The notes beneath the pieces were generated by a model. That model searched no databases, had not been told where the DNA came from, and saw nothing but the letters and a program-made list of their open reading frames with translations. This document shows positions 43,338 through 53,521 of a stretch of 54,922 nucleotides of DNA, one piece after another; position 1 is the first letter of the stretch, and each line of letters opens with the position of its first letter. A program made the translations under genes and the position numbers. Source of the stretch: a virus (lineage: Duplodnaviria > Caudoviricetes); IMG/VR virus record IMGVR_UViG_3300028844_003773, positions 1 through 54,922 of that record. One strand, 5' to 3'.

Positions 43338-46259
43338 TTAAATAAACCTATATTGTGTAACCCAAACCGTTGAGTTAGTTGATGCTGGTGTTACCAACAA
43401 TTCTAAATCACTGCCGTTTAAGCCTACTGCTAGTACTCCAGGTGCTCCTGTTAAGAATGTCTGACCATATGTAACGAAATCAACTGTTGATCCGTCTGTT
43501 ACAGTTAGTACTGATGCTACAGAAGTATTTCCTGATGTTGCGTCTATTCCTTTTACTAAAAACTCAATTCCGTTTATTCCTGAAACTGCGAAACTAGCAA
43601 TTGCTGTTTGTGATGTAGTTGTAGTAGTTACTGTACCTGCCGCTAATGTTGAAATTTCACTAGCACCAATGTTTACGTTTCCTGCTACATTTGCTGTACC
43701 ACTTACTTCGACACTTGTTAAAGTACCTACTGATGTAATGTTAGGCTGTGCCGCAGTATATACTGTACCTGAGACAAGTGCGTTTGCTACTTGACCTGAG
43801 ACATTTCCACCTGCTACTGCATTTGCAGTTGCCGCGAATGCTACTTCACCAGTTACGTTACCACCTGCTACATTAGATAGACCGCCACCGTCACCAGTGA
43901 ATAAGCCTGTGTTAGCAGTAAATGCTGGTGCTGTTACAGTAGAACTAATGCCTGCTGTTCCAGTTACTTCAATGCCTGCATCTGATACGATTACTATGTC
44001 ACCTGTACCGTTAACACCCATTGTGATGTTACCGTCTGAGGCTGCAATATCTACATTAGATGTGCCGTTTGAAATACTTGATAGACTTAAGCCTGTAATA
44101 TTTGCGGCTGGGATATTTGATAGTCCAAAACCGTCACCATTAAAGATGCCTGATGTTGAATCAATGTTACCAGTAACTTCTAATGATGTTAATGTTCCTA
44201 AAGATGTTACGTTTGGTTGTGCCGCTGTTGTTAATGAACCTGCGACATCTGTAAATGTACCTGTTGTACCTGCTACGTTTCCACCTGTTATGTTACCTGT
44301 TGCACTTACAACACCTGCTGTTGTTAAGTTACCACCTGCTACGTTACCAGTTGCTGTTAAACTTGTACCAGTTGCCTCTCCGATATTTGGAGTAGTTAAC
44401 TGAGCAGAAGTTTTAACAACTACGTTTCCACCTGAGATGTCTGTTGTTAAGTTATCAACGTTAACAGAGAATTCAGTACCAGTTAATGTAAGACCTGCAC
44501 CTGCTGTGAATGATCCTGCACCTGAGAACTGAACGAAATTAACGTCTGAAGTACCAACTGTTGTTACTGGATCAGTCATTACCCAACCAGTGTCATTGTA
44601 CTCAGTTCCTTGTTGTACAAATGTAAAGTCACCGCCTGCCATTTCAGTTGGAGTGTCAAAGTCTGATGCTCTTGTTAGAACAGTTGAACTTGTGTATACA
44701 TAGATACCATTATGTGCTGATGTAGTTTCGTCTTTAATTAAAATCCTGTCATCTGTGCTTAAAGTTACACCATCAATTGCTGTTAATGTTGCTCCAGAAA
44801 TTGTAAGAGTTGCACCGACACCTGCTGTGCCGTTATCATATGTTACAGTACCACCTGACATTGTTGCCACAGTATCTGTTGCTGATACAACACAAGGAGC
44901 CTGAATTGCAAGACCTTGTGCTACGTCATCTACATATTGTTTTGTTGCCGCATCTGTTGATGCAGTTGGAGTTCCCAATGATTCAATTTTGAAACCACCA
45001 ACGTGAACTTGTCCAGTTCCTGTAGGTCTAATTTCAACGTAATCATCTGCTGAACCCGCTGTTAATGTTAAGTTACCACTACCTGCACCTGTTACTTGTG
45101 CTGTTACGACTGAGCCTAATGTTGCTACACCGTTTGCGTTAACAGTACCAACAATATTTGCGCCAGAATCTGTAATGACAGCAGTTGTGTTTCCTGCGGC
45201 TACTAAATCAACGTTACCGTTGTTATTGACTGTAACATTTGATGTACCGTCGATTAATGTACCTGTAAAGAATGATGCTTGTACTAAATTACCACCGTCT
45301 ACGTTACCAGCAGTTAAGTTACCTGTTACGTCTGCTTGTCCACCTGTGCTAACATTACCTGCTGAAACATTACCTGTGAATGTACCTACTCCTGTTGCAA
45401 TGACATTACCGAGGTCTAAATTACCACTAGTCATTACTATGCCAGTGTCAGTAACGTTTGCTGTTAGTCCACCATTAACATTTAATTCGACATTACCATC
45501 TGCGGCTGGTATACGAACATTAGATGTTCCATTTTGAATACCTGTTGCATCAATACCTGTTAACTGAGAGCCATTACCATAAAAGAATGATGCTGTTACA
45601 TTACCTGAAGTAACAACTTGTCCTGTTCCGTTTGGAGTAAGGATAATATTAGCATCAGTATCTTGTCCAGTAATAGTCTGATCAGTTATGTCTAAGTTAC
45701 CAATCTGTGAATCAGGTAAGTTATTAACACCTGTTTTACCAATGTATCTGTAACCTACGATGTAAAGAACTTTACTACTTGTTAAAGCAGTCGGAATTGT
45801 TTCTCCGATAAAGTTAAGGACACCTGATTGATAGTTATAGAAGAACTCACCAGTTCCACCTGAACCAGCACCAAAGATTTGAGTACCTGTTGAAGTTGGA
45901 TCTGCAACGCCTGAATCGTCTACATAGACTGCTACTGCATAAGTAGAACCAAATTCTTGTGGTACCCAGTAAGTTAAGTCTGTTTTCCAAGTAGGGTAAA
46001 CACCACCAACTGGTACAGTAGTATTATCTGCTGTACACTCGACTGCACTTGATCCTGTATATGCTTGAACAATACTAGCAACGGCTGCCGCTGTTCCTGG
46101 TATCTGATCAGCCTGAGTCCATAAAGTATCACCACGATTAAGTAGTGGACTTGCTATAGCCTCGTTACTAGGGCTTTTGTTAGATTCTATGTCAGTTTTA
46201 GTGACACCGAATGCCTGTTTATAAAGTAGGTCGACTTTTTGTGAAATAGGTATACTCAT
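43338..46259 (-). CDS. Tail fibre/structural protein
   Basis: Globular N-domain, DAATKQYVD, NGIY..LTRASDFD, fibre repeats. Confidence 0.8.
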   Translation of the reverse strand: MSIPISQKVDLLYKQAFGVTKTDIESNKSPSNEAIASPLLNRGDTLWTQADQIPGTAAAVASIVQAYTGSSAVECTADNTTVPVGGVYPTWKTDLTYWVPQEFGSTYAVAVYVDDSGVADPTSTGTQIFGAGSGGTGEFFYNYQSGVLNFIGETIPTALTSSKVLYIVGYRYIGKTGVNNLPDSQIGNLDITDQTITGQDTDANIILTPNGTGQVVTSGNVTASFFYGNGSQLTGIDATGIQNGTSNVRIPAADGNVELNVNGGLTANVTDTGIVMTSGNLDLGNVIATGVGTFTGNVSAGNVSTGGQADVTGNLTAGNVDGGNLVQASFFTGTLIDGTSNVTVNNNGNVDLVAAGNTTAVITDSGANIVGTVNANGVATLGSVVTAQVTGAGSGNLTLTAGSADDYVEIRPTGTGQVHVGGFKIESLGTPTASTDAATKQYVDDVAQGLAIQAPCVVSATDTVATMSGGTVTYDNGTAGVGATLTISGATLTAIDGVTLSTDDRILIKDETTSAHNGIYVYTSSTVLTRASDFDTPTEMAGGDFTFVQQGTEYNDTGWVMTDPVTTVGTSDVNFVQFSGAGSFTAGAGLTLTGTEFSVNVDNLTTDISGGNVVVKTSAQLTTPNIGEATGTSLTATGNVAGGNLTTAGVVSATGNITGGNVAGTTGTFTDVAGSLTTAAQPNVTSLGTLTSLEVTGNIDSTSGIFNGDGFGLSNIPAANITGLSLSSISNGTSNVDIAASDGNITMGVNGTGDIVIVSDAGIEVTGTAGISSTVTAPAFTANTGLFTGDGGGLSNVAGGNVTGEVAFAATANAVAGGNVSGQVANALVSGTVYTAAQPNITSVGTLTSVEVSGTANVAGNVNIGASEISTLAAGTVTTTTTSQTAIASFAVSGINGIEFLVKGIDATSGNTSVASVLTVTDGSTVDFVTYGQTFLTGAPGVLAVGLNGSDLELLVTPASTNSTVWVTQYRFI
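45506..45562. repeat. 57-bp exact repeat shared between fibre genes, copy 1
   Basis: CTGGTATACGAACATTAGATGTTCCATTTTGAATACCTGTTGCATCAATACCTGTTA. Confidence 0.9.
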
Positions 46260-46261
46260 TT

Positions 46262-48439
46262 TTAGTTACTCGCAGATTCTAGTGATAAGGCTGTTATCGA
46301 TTGACCGCTAGTTAATGCGATACGAACATAAATTTCATTAGTTGATGTACTAGATGAACTTACCGTACCGAATGTAGCAGTCGTTGATTTGTTTGTTTGA
46401 GCAGATCCTGTAGGTATAACGCCGCCTAACGCACACCCGTCTGAACCGTTACCACCAGCGCCTGTATTAGCACCGGGGACACCTGCTCCCGCGTAAGATG
46501 TTGACATATCAATCCAACCATTCAATGAAGATGATGAATCAATTGTAGATCCGGGTACTGCTACCCAACATCCTGCCAACGTTCCAGAAAATTTAACATC
46601 GAATTTAGATGTCGATGTTCTTATAAATTTAAACGTAAAATACTGTGTTCCTGATCTACTTGCTGACAAGTCAGGTCCTACTGGTAAGTGACCAGTAGAA
46701 TAATCTGTTTCATCATGGCTTAATACATCTGCTACAACTGTTGAGTCATATGTCTGCAACGTTGATGTTTCACTGTCAAATACTGTTGCACTTGCAGAGA
46801 AAGTAGGTGTATCTGTTGAACCTGGGTTTTCAATACGTTGTGCTAACCCTGATCCTGAACCGATTGTTGAACCGATATAAACGTTTGCTTCTTCAATTCT
46901 ACTTGAAGAAGATGAAGTTCCTGTCTTATATAATACTGTATCTGAAGGAGTAAATGATTGTACTCCTGTTGCATAAGAGTTAAAGACTGATACTGATGGA
47001 CCCGATGCACTTGAACCGAATCCTGATATAATTGAAGCAGATGTTGTTACTGCTTGACTTCCTGATGCTACGTGTAACTGAGCCGCTAACGGAGTTGTTA
47101 CTCCAGCAGTTGAATATGTTACACTACTAGGTGAACTAAATGCACCGCCTGATGATCCTGATACAAAAGTATCACTTGTTGGATACATGTTGCCTGATAA
47201 TCTGTTTACGTTAAATGCTATAGCAAAATCATTTGTGTTGTTATAGTGAGGTACAGTTGAACTGTATGTATAACTAGGTGCACCCGGTGCAGTAAATGAT
47301 GTTGATGTAAACTGAGGGGTACCAGGAGCTGATGAATCATAGTACCAAGTTTCTTTGTTTGTTGAAGCAGTTGCTGTATCATCGATTAATACTTCGTTCC
47401 AACCATCTGATACAGTACCTGATGCATCTGCTGTAAAGACTGACCAGAAGCCTGCCGCTACATTTGAATTTACTTCACTATAATCTCTGTTATTACTGAT
47501 AATTAAGTCAGTGTAAGTTCCGTTGCCGTCTAGTGACGTTGTTAATGTTCTGCTACCTGCGGTTGAACCGTTCTTTTGAACAGAGACTGTACCATTATCA
47601 CCGGGGCCAGTATTTGTAATCGCATTAACGTTGTATGATGATGCTCTACGTGTTTTAGATACTGTTGTACCTGCTGCCACTGCCGCTGATCCACCTGCTG
47701 TATTGTCAGGCTGAGTGAAACTATCTGCCATTCTATATGAAGATGTACTTGCAATCGTAATGCTTTGTGATCCAGGGAAGTTATCTGGTGATTCAGGAAC
47801 TAATTTACCTAATACTTCGTTCAACTGTGCAATCGAATTGGAGACCGATGATGACGTTGTTAAAGTTAATGCATTAGATGTTAAGTTTCCTTGAGTAGGT
47901 GTTCCTAATGCAAAATCAATTGCACCAGATGTGCTAGGTACAGTAACAATACCTGTTACGTTTAATGTACCTGCAACGTTCACTCCTGTTGAAGTGATGT
48001 TTGCTTCTAGTCCGCCGTCAACATTTAATTCAATGTTGCCATCTGCGACTGGTATACGAACATTAGATGTTCCATTTTGAATACCTGTTGCATCAATACC
48101 TGTTAGTGCAGAACCGTCACCGTAATACTTACCTGTTGTAAGATTAAGATTTCCATCAACGTCTAAGTTAGCAGTCGCGGTATCAAATGTTAGTTTAGAT
48201 GATGCGCCAAAGTCTTGGTCATTATTAAACTGTATTTGAGTATTCGCTCCGGCTGGTTCTTGTAAGTCCCAGGGTACGCCGTTTGCGTAGTATAAGTTGT
48301 CAGTTAATACACCCAATGCCGCAATGTTTGCTGTAAACGTTGCTCCATTAGTTGTTATGTAACCGTTCGATAAAATTATGTTGGCCGGGGTCTCTCCTAC
48401 TGAGAATCCCGCTACCGAGTTAAATGCTTTGATTGCCAT
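46262..48439 (-). CDS. Tail fibre/structural protein, Ser/Thr-rich
   Basis: MAIKAFNSVAGFSVG N-motif, GANTQIQFN, large S/T-rich C-domain. Confidence 0.8.
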   Translation of the reverse strand: MAIKAFNSVAGFSVGETPANIILSNGYITTNGATFTANIAALGVLTDNLYYANGVPWDLQEPAGANTQIQFNNDQDFGASSKLTFDTATANLDVDGNLNLTTGKYYGDGSALTGIDATGIQNGTSNVRIPVADGNIELNVDGGLEANITSTGVNVAGTLNVTGIVTVPSTSGAIDFALGTPTQGNLTSNALTLTTSSSVSNSIAQLNEVLGKLVPESPDNFPGSQSITIASTSSYRMADSFTQPDNTAGGSAAVAAGTTVSKTRRASSYNVNAITNTGPGDNGTVSVQKNGSTAGSRTLTTSLDGNGTYTDLIISNNRDYSEVNSNVAAGFWSVFTADASGTVSDGWNEVLIDDTATASTNKETWYYDSSAPGTPQFTSTSFTAPGAPSYTYSSTVPHYNNTNDFAIAFNVNRLSGNMYPTSDTFVSGSSGGAFSSPSSVTYSTAGVTTPLAAQLHVASGSQAVTTSASIISGFGSSASGPSVSVFNSYATGVQSFTPSDTVLYKTGTSSSSSRIEEANVYIGSTIGSGSGLAQRIENPGSTDTPTFSASATVFDSETSTLQTYDSTVVADVLSHDETDYSTGHLPVGPDLSASRSGTQYFTFKFIRTSTSKFDVKFSGTLAGCWVAVPGSTIDSSSSLNGWIDMSTSYAGAGVPGANTGAGGNGSDGCALGGVIPTGSAQTNKSTTATFGTVSSSSTSTNEIYVRIALTSGQSITALSLESASN
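48049..48105. repeat. 57-bp exact repeat, copy 2
   Basis: Identical to 45506-45562. Confidence 0.9.
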
Positions 48440-48523
48440 GGTTTGGTCTCCGTAAACTATAATAGTATTTAGTGTTTTGTTTCAATAAAGAGTGCTAAGA
48501 TATGGTTTTTTACCCTTTTATTT

Positions 48524-50053
48524 TTAAGAAGAATATTCTTCTAATAATATGTTGTAGGTAGTCTCATTTGTAGTTGCCGGAGTAGCATATAAAACTACTT
48601 GAGCATCTCTAAATGCATCTCCAGGAACGTAAGTCACTGCAAAATCAGCAAGTAATGAACCAACTGATATTGTTGCATATTCAGTGTAGTTGACTGTTGC
48701 TCCATATACTGCTGATGTAATCTTAACTGTTTGTCTGGATGAATTTGCTGGGTCAGTAGCAACGATTGTATAATCTACTGCTGAAACAGTAGATGCTTCT
48801 GTTGCACAGATTTCTACTGCTGAAGTAGTAGTTGTTACGCCGTTCTTAACTTTAGTAGTTCTGAATGAATATGCACCTGATCCGACTGTCATGTTGTTTG
48901 CAACAAGAGTGCCTGCCATTGTCATTGTGTTTGTTGTTTTGTTGTAAACTACGTTGGCATCTCCACCAAATAGTCCACCGTCATTAAACTGCATCTGTGT
49001 GTTAGCACCGCCGGGTGATCCGCCTCCACCGCCACCTGAATTAAGAGTCCAACTTAATCCACCGGCGCCGTCAGTTGCTAATACATATCCGTTAAGTCCA
49101 CCGTCAATATGTAAGTTTGCTACTGGCAGTTCTATGTTAGGCGAAGTCTGTAAGTTTGCATTACCTTGTACTGTGAGATTTCCAAGAGAATCAATAACTA
49201 CTGGTCCAGTAAATGTAGCAGTGTCTGTGATTGCAATATTGCCTCCACCGATATTACCTACTACAGATAATCCTCCACTGATTTGAAGACCTGTTAACGT
49301 ACCTACAGAAGTTATGTTTGGTTGACTAGCAACTGTAAGATTACCCGCAAAGTTTGCAAAGTTTGCACTTGCTCCTGCTGAGATATCTGCAAACACACCG
49401 TTACCATATAGAACAGTATCAGATGCGCCTGTAAGATCAACTGCTGATATGTTTCCTATACCTGTAATGTTAGAATATGTTAGATTAGATAGATTTCCTG
49501 CTTCACCTGCAATATGAATTGCTGACATTAAATCATCGTCTACATCATATGTAAAACCTGCGTCTCCTGCAAATGATCCTGCACTATTGAACTGTACTTG
49601 CATGTTGGATCCGCCCGGAGTGCCATTGCCTCCTCCTCCGCCATTACCTGATTGTGCAGTCCAACTTAATCCACCTGCACCATCTGTTTGTAATACATAT
49701 CCGTTAACTCCACCTTCAATAGATACAGTCTGAACATCTCCTAATGCAGTGTTTCCAGTGACTGATACATTGAGTGCTGTTAATGTATCTGATACAGAGT
49801 CAAATACTAAATTTGCACTTGCTCCAAATACACCATTGTCATTAAATTGTACTTGAGTGTTTGATCCTGCTGGGTCACTTGAAAACGCCGCTCCATTTGC
49901 ATAGAAGTAATTGTTTGCATAAACACTGTTAGATGTGACGTTACCTGCAGGGTAATTATGATTTGTAACTATATTACCATTTGCGGCTACTACGTCTATT
50001 GAGGGTAATCCTACTGAATACCCAGTTAATGAATTAAATTTGTCTGCGGCCAT
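48524..50053 (-). CDS. Tail fibre/structural protein
   Basis: Three GSNTQVQFN-type modules and two GYVLxTDGAGGLSW modules. Confidence 0.8.
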   Translation of the reverse strand: MAADKFNSLTGYSVGLPSIDVVAANGNIVTNHNYPAGNVTSNSVYANNYFYANGAAFSSDPAGSNTQVQFNDNGVFGASANLVFDSVSDTLTALNVSVTGNTALGDVQTVSIEGGVNGYVLQTDGAGGLSWTAQSGNGGGGGNGTPGGSNMQVQFNSAGSFAGDAGFTYDVDDDLMSAIHIAGEAGNLSNLTYSNITGIGNISAVDLTGASDTVLYGNGVFADISAGASANFANFAGNLTVASQPNITSVGTLTGLQISGGLSVVGNIGGGNIAITDTATFTGPVVIDSLGNLTVQGNANLQTSPNIELPVANLHIDGGLNGYVLATDGAGGLSWTLNSGGGGGGSPGGANTQMQFNDGGLFGGDANVVYNKTTNTMTMAGTLVANNMTVGSGAYSFRTTKVKNGVTTTTSAVEICATEASTVSAVDYTIVATDPANSSRQTVKITSAVYGATVNYTEYATISVGSLLADFAVTYVPGDAFRDAQVVLYATPATTNETTYNILLEEYSS

Positions 50054-50149
50054 GTGTCGGTTCCATTATTATATCTTGTATTTATGCTGATATAATAAAA
50101 ATTACCTTATAAAAAAGAACCCTACAGCACTTTTTTAATAAATAAAATT

Positions 50150-50503
50150 ATGATTACAAGACAACCAGTTAGACCGAAATGCACTAGTTGCAACATTTCT
50201 TTTGCCAAACCTAATGGAGTTAGTAAACATGGCTTTCAAAAATGGCACAAATATTGTGTAGATTGTGCTAAAGCAATTTATAATAAAAAGATACCAAAGA
50301 AGAATACAATGTGTATTGAGTGTGGATTTGTACCTGAAGATATGATTCAATTAGATATTGCATATAGAGATTTTAATCCTATGAACAAAACAAAAGAAAA
50401 TATATTGACAGTTTGTGCAAACTGTAGTAGACTAAGAAAAAAGAAAATAAGAGAAAGTCAAAAACTGATGGATACCCCAGTAGATTCTACTATACGTATT
50501 TAA
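50150..50503 (+). CDS. Zinc-finger protein with degenerate HNH-like domain
   Basis: Four CxxC pairs; QLDIAYRD...N....N...CANCSR. Confidence 0.65.
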   Translation: MITRQPVRPKCTSCNISFAKPNGVSKHGFQKWHKYCVDCAKAIYNKKIPKKNTMCIECGFVPEDMIQLDIAYRDFNPMNKTKENILTVCANCSRLRKKKIRESQKLMDTPVDSTIRI

Positions 50504-51203
50504 TTTCTTCTATTTTATTATACCAATCATTGTAATAGATAGATAATTTTTCTCTATCGTACCCTCTGATTCCTAATAGATCATACATTTCTTTAACTGC
50601 ATCTAACGTTTCAGTTTCTGATTCATACTTTCGTACATCAAATTCGTAAACAACATTAGGTAATGCTCTCATTTCTGCTAAGTTTTCTTCATAATCAACT
50701 AGTCTATCATAAAAAACACATATTTTAGGGTCATTCTTTGCTCTTTTTTCAACATATCCATGAGGATGTGTAAACAAAATGATGTTTGCATTCTTCCAAA
50801 TCTTTTTAATTTCAATTACTTCTGGATTAAAATGTGATGCTATAAAAAATTTATAGTCACTTTTGGATACATCTTTAACATAATTCCAGTAAGATATACC
50901 TCTCCATGGATCAATATAATCTTTTTTATCAAAACCAAAAAATTTATTATCTGATATGTTAAGGTCAGTCCACCGGACACCTTTTTCAATTTCAGATATT
51001 TGACCTAACAAATAATTTAATTTATCGTCGGGTGAGAATTCTCCTCTTAATTGTGCTTCAGTCATTTCTTTATGACCGAACAATCCATGATCAGATAGAC
51101 TTAGACAATTAGCCATAAACTTACCACCTGAATAATTGTGGTACCAAATTATAGTTAAGTTGTCTGTTTCTAAATTACAATCTTCTGGACGACATCTAGC
51201 CAT
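50490..51203 (-). CDS. Hypothetical protein, weak sulfotransferase-like motif
   Basis: YHNYSGGKFMANCL resembles the 5'-PSB loop. Confidence 0.45.
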   Translation of the reverse strand: MARCRPEDCNLETDNLTIIWYHNYSGGKFMANCLSLSDHGLFGHKEMTEAQLRGEFSPDDKLNYLLGQISEIEKGVRWTDLNISDNKFFGFDKKDYIDPWRGISYWNYVKDVSKSDYKFFIASHFNPEVIEIKKIWKNANIILFTHPHGYVEKRAKNDPKICVFYDRLVDYEENLAEMRALPNVVYEFDVRKYESETETLDAVKEMYDLLGIRGYDREKLSIYYNDWYNKIEEIKYV

Positions 51204-52136
51204 TTAAAGTTCTTCGCCTTCTTCTCCTCTACCGTCATCATGTCCATTGAGTTGAGTCAGTTGATCTTGTAGTTCTTTATAAGATTCTGCTTCTTGTTCA
51301 CTTACTATAGGTGGTTCAACGATCGGTTCGATTGCAGGATCAACATCACCTGGGTTTTCAATTGTGCCTACTTCCCCTACGATTTCTTCTGCTGAAATAT
51401 TCAATGCGACTGTAGTCGATGCTTCTTTCTTTTCATAGTCCACGGTATCGTTAAAGTCTTCCCAACACATAGGGTCTAAATTTTCTTTAGTGTATTTGTC
51501 ATCTGAGTCGTGCCATTTTTTGTTCAAGTAACCTACCGATGCGTAGTATCCTTTACCCATGCTTTCAGCATAGTCATACTCGGTATCTAACTCTTCTCCG
51601 TCATAATATGCAGAGTCAATAAATTCTCCCATATTAGTTTCAACGATTCCATATGTGAATTTATATTTGTCGAAAGGTTCACCGTCTGTTTCTACAAACC
51701 AACAACCGAAGTTACCTTTTTCTCCACTATGAAAGTTAATTACAGGTACATAATCATCATCGTCTTTAATGTCTTCATCATCAGGCATTTCATCTTGTGA
51801 ATATGCTTCTCTACTATATAAACAACCTACTGGCTCAAAGCCAGTCTCGGATTCAGAGTAATCATACTTATTTTCTTCGTTAGTTACTTCTGTTACAAAA
51901 AAACCACTATCAGCATATGCAGAATTTATATGTTCGATGTCATCACACTCCCACATGTAATAATCTTTCTTAGGTAATATACCCTCAAAGTCCATATCAT
52001 CTGTGCTTGTAAGATGTTCTATTAATTCACCTTCTCCTTCATCGATAAACTGTTCTACAAATTCTTTATCGACTTCTCCGATTACTGTTTCTCCGCCGTA
52101 TCGTCCGGCTTCAATTCTAAAAATTCTTTTTGCCAT
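51204..52136 (-). CDS. Highly acidic hypothetical early protein
   Basis: 310 aa, D/E-rich; SD GGAG; own sigma70 promoter. Confidence 0.7.
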   Translation of the reverse strand: MAKRIFRIEAGRYGGETVIGEVDKEFVEQFIDEGEGELIEHLTSTDDMDFEGILPKKDYYMWECDDIEHINSAYADSGFFVTEVTNEENKYDYSESETGFEPVGCLYSREAYSQDEMPDDEDIKDDDDYVPVINFHSGEKGNFGCWFVETDGEPFDKYKFTYGIVETNMGEFIDSAYYDGEELDTEYDYAESMGKGYYASVGYLNKKWHDSDDKYTKENLDPMCWEDFNDTVDYEKKEASTTVALNISAEEIVGEVGTIENPGDVDPAIEPIVEPPIVSEQEAESYKELQDQLTQLNGHDDGRGEEGEEL

Positions 52137-52162
52137 GTGTTATTCTCCAAACATATCTTTAT

Positions 52163-52191
52163 ATTATACAACCAATGGTTAATAATGTCAA
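52163..52191 (-). promoter_or_regulatory. Early sigma70 promoter
   Basis: TTGACA-17 bp-TATAAT; spacer contains AACCATTGGTT; TAAATA abuts the -35. Confidence 0.85.
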
Positions 52192-52218
52192 GTATTTAAT
52201 GTGTTTTTGGGCAACCAT

Positions 52219-52249
52219 AAAAAAAGGAAGAGCCTAAAAGACTCTTCCT
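52219..52249 (-). terminator. Terminator after the major capsid gene
   Basis: AGGAAGAG...CTCTTCC-TTTTTTT. Confidence 0.85.
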
Positions 52250-52285
52250 CAAACTTATTTAATAAGTGATTATATAATAATCGGC

Positions 52286-53485
52286 TTATTGGAAAGTTAA
52301 GTTTTGAACTGCGATTTCACCAACATAGTCAGCCGCGTTACCGAATGATGATGCAGTGTTAGTTAACTCTACATATCCGTAACGTGTCATAAATGATACG
52401 ACTGGTTCGAATGTTGCTGGATCTAGTACAACTCCACTGCTCATTAATGGAATATATGGGCAATAGAAAGCCGCCGCATCAGTTTCAGATGAACCTTTGT
52501 ATCCAACTAATACTGCTTGAGTATCAGGTGCATAAGAGTCAACGAAAACACGCATAGCGCCGTTCAACGTACCAACAAACTTAGTGTTAGTAGGAGCTTC
52601 AAAAGTTCCTTCAGTTGTACGTGCAAATGCTGATGTAGTTGCAGATTGTAATACAGTTAAGGCCGCAGAACTCACAACAGCCCAGTTACCTGCGCCTCTA
52701 CGTGTTCTTTGAGCAATCAAGTTTGCAACTCTGTTGATTAATACAGCAAGTGCCGCATGTTCATCACCAACATAAGTAGCAGTACCTGATACCGCTGCCT
52801 GGTTATAAGTGAACTCAGTTGCCGCTAACGTTCTAAGAGATAGTAAAATCTCCTGATCGATTTCAGCAGTGATTTCTTGTGCTAAAGCAGCCATAATTTC
52901 TGCTTCAACATCGATGCCGTGTTGAGACTGTGCGTCCTGAGCGGCTTCAAATGTCCAACGTGCTTGTAACTTACGTGACTTGGCTTCAACTGCCTGTCTT
53001 AAGATTTGCACACTGATTTGTTTACCACCGTTACCTTCTAAAGTTGCTGTATCAGCACCAGTATATGAAGCGGCTGTCGCAGTTCCACTAGCAGTACGTG
53101 AGTATGCTTGTGCAATTTTGAATGGTGATAATGCTTCTTCACCAGCAGTTACAGATGTAGCGGCTGCTGAGTTGTCAGTCAATGACTGAGCATAACGTAC
53201 ACGTAAAGTGTGAATCTGTCCAACAGGACCAGTCATTGGCTGAACGCCGACTAGTTCGTTAGCAATAACAGTAGGCATAACCCTTCTGATTACTGGTAAG
53301 ATTACACGGTTAAGTGTAGCAATATTTCCTGCAGAGGTACTACCTGCGGTAGCATTCTCATTTAAGAGACCTTTGCGAGTGTTTTCAAGGATAACACCCA
53401 TTGTTGATCGGCGAGTGCCTTTTAAGCCTTCAAGTAGGGCGTCTTTTGTTTCGTCCCAACGGCTTTCTAAGAGTACTTGTGACAT
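52286..53485 (-). CDS. gp23: Major capsid protein, T4 gp23-like
   Basis: GVQPMTGP.GQI, AKSRKLQARWT.E.AQD, EITAEID, FYCPYIPL, TRYG. Confidence 0.95.
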   Translation of the reverse strand: MSQVLLESRWDETKDALLEGLKGTRRSTMGVILENTRKGLLNENATAGSTSAGNIATLNRVILPVIRRVMPTVIANELVGVQPMTGPVGQIHTLRVRYAQSLTDNSAAATSVTAGEEALSPFKIAQAYSRTASGTATAASYTGADTATLEGNGGKQISVQILRQAVEAKSRKLQARWTFEAAQDAQSQHGIDVEAEIMAALAQEITAEIDQEILLSLRTLAATEFTYNQAAVSGTATYVGDEHAALAVLINRVANLIAQRTRRGAGNWAVVSSAALTVLQSATTSAFARTTEGTFEAPTNTKFVGTLNGAMRVFVDSYAPDTQAVLVGYKGSSETDAAAFYCPYIPLMSSGVVLDPATFEPVVSFMTRYGYVELTNTASSFGNAADYVGEIAVQNLTFQ

Positions 53486-53521
53486 GGTTATTTTCTCCTA
53501 AATTTCTATGTCTAGTTTAAA

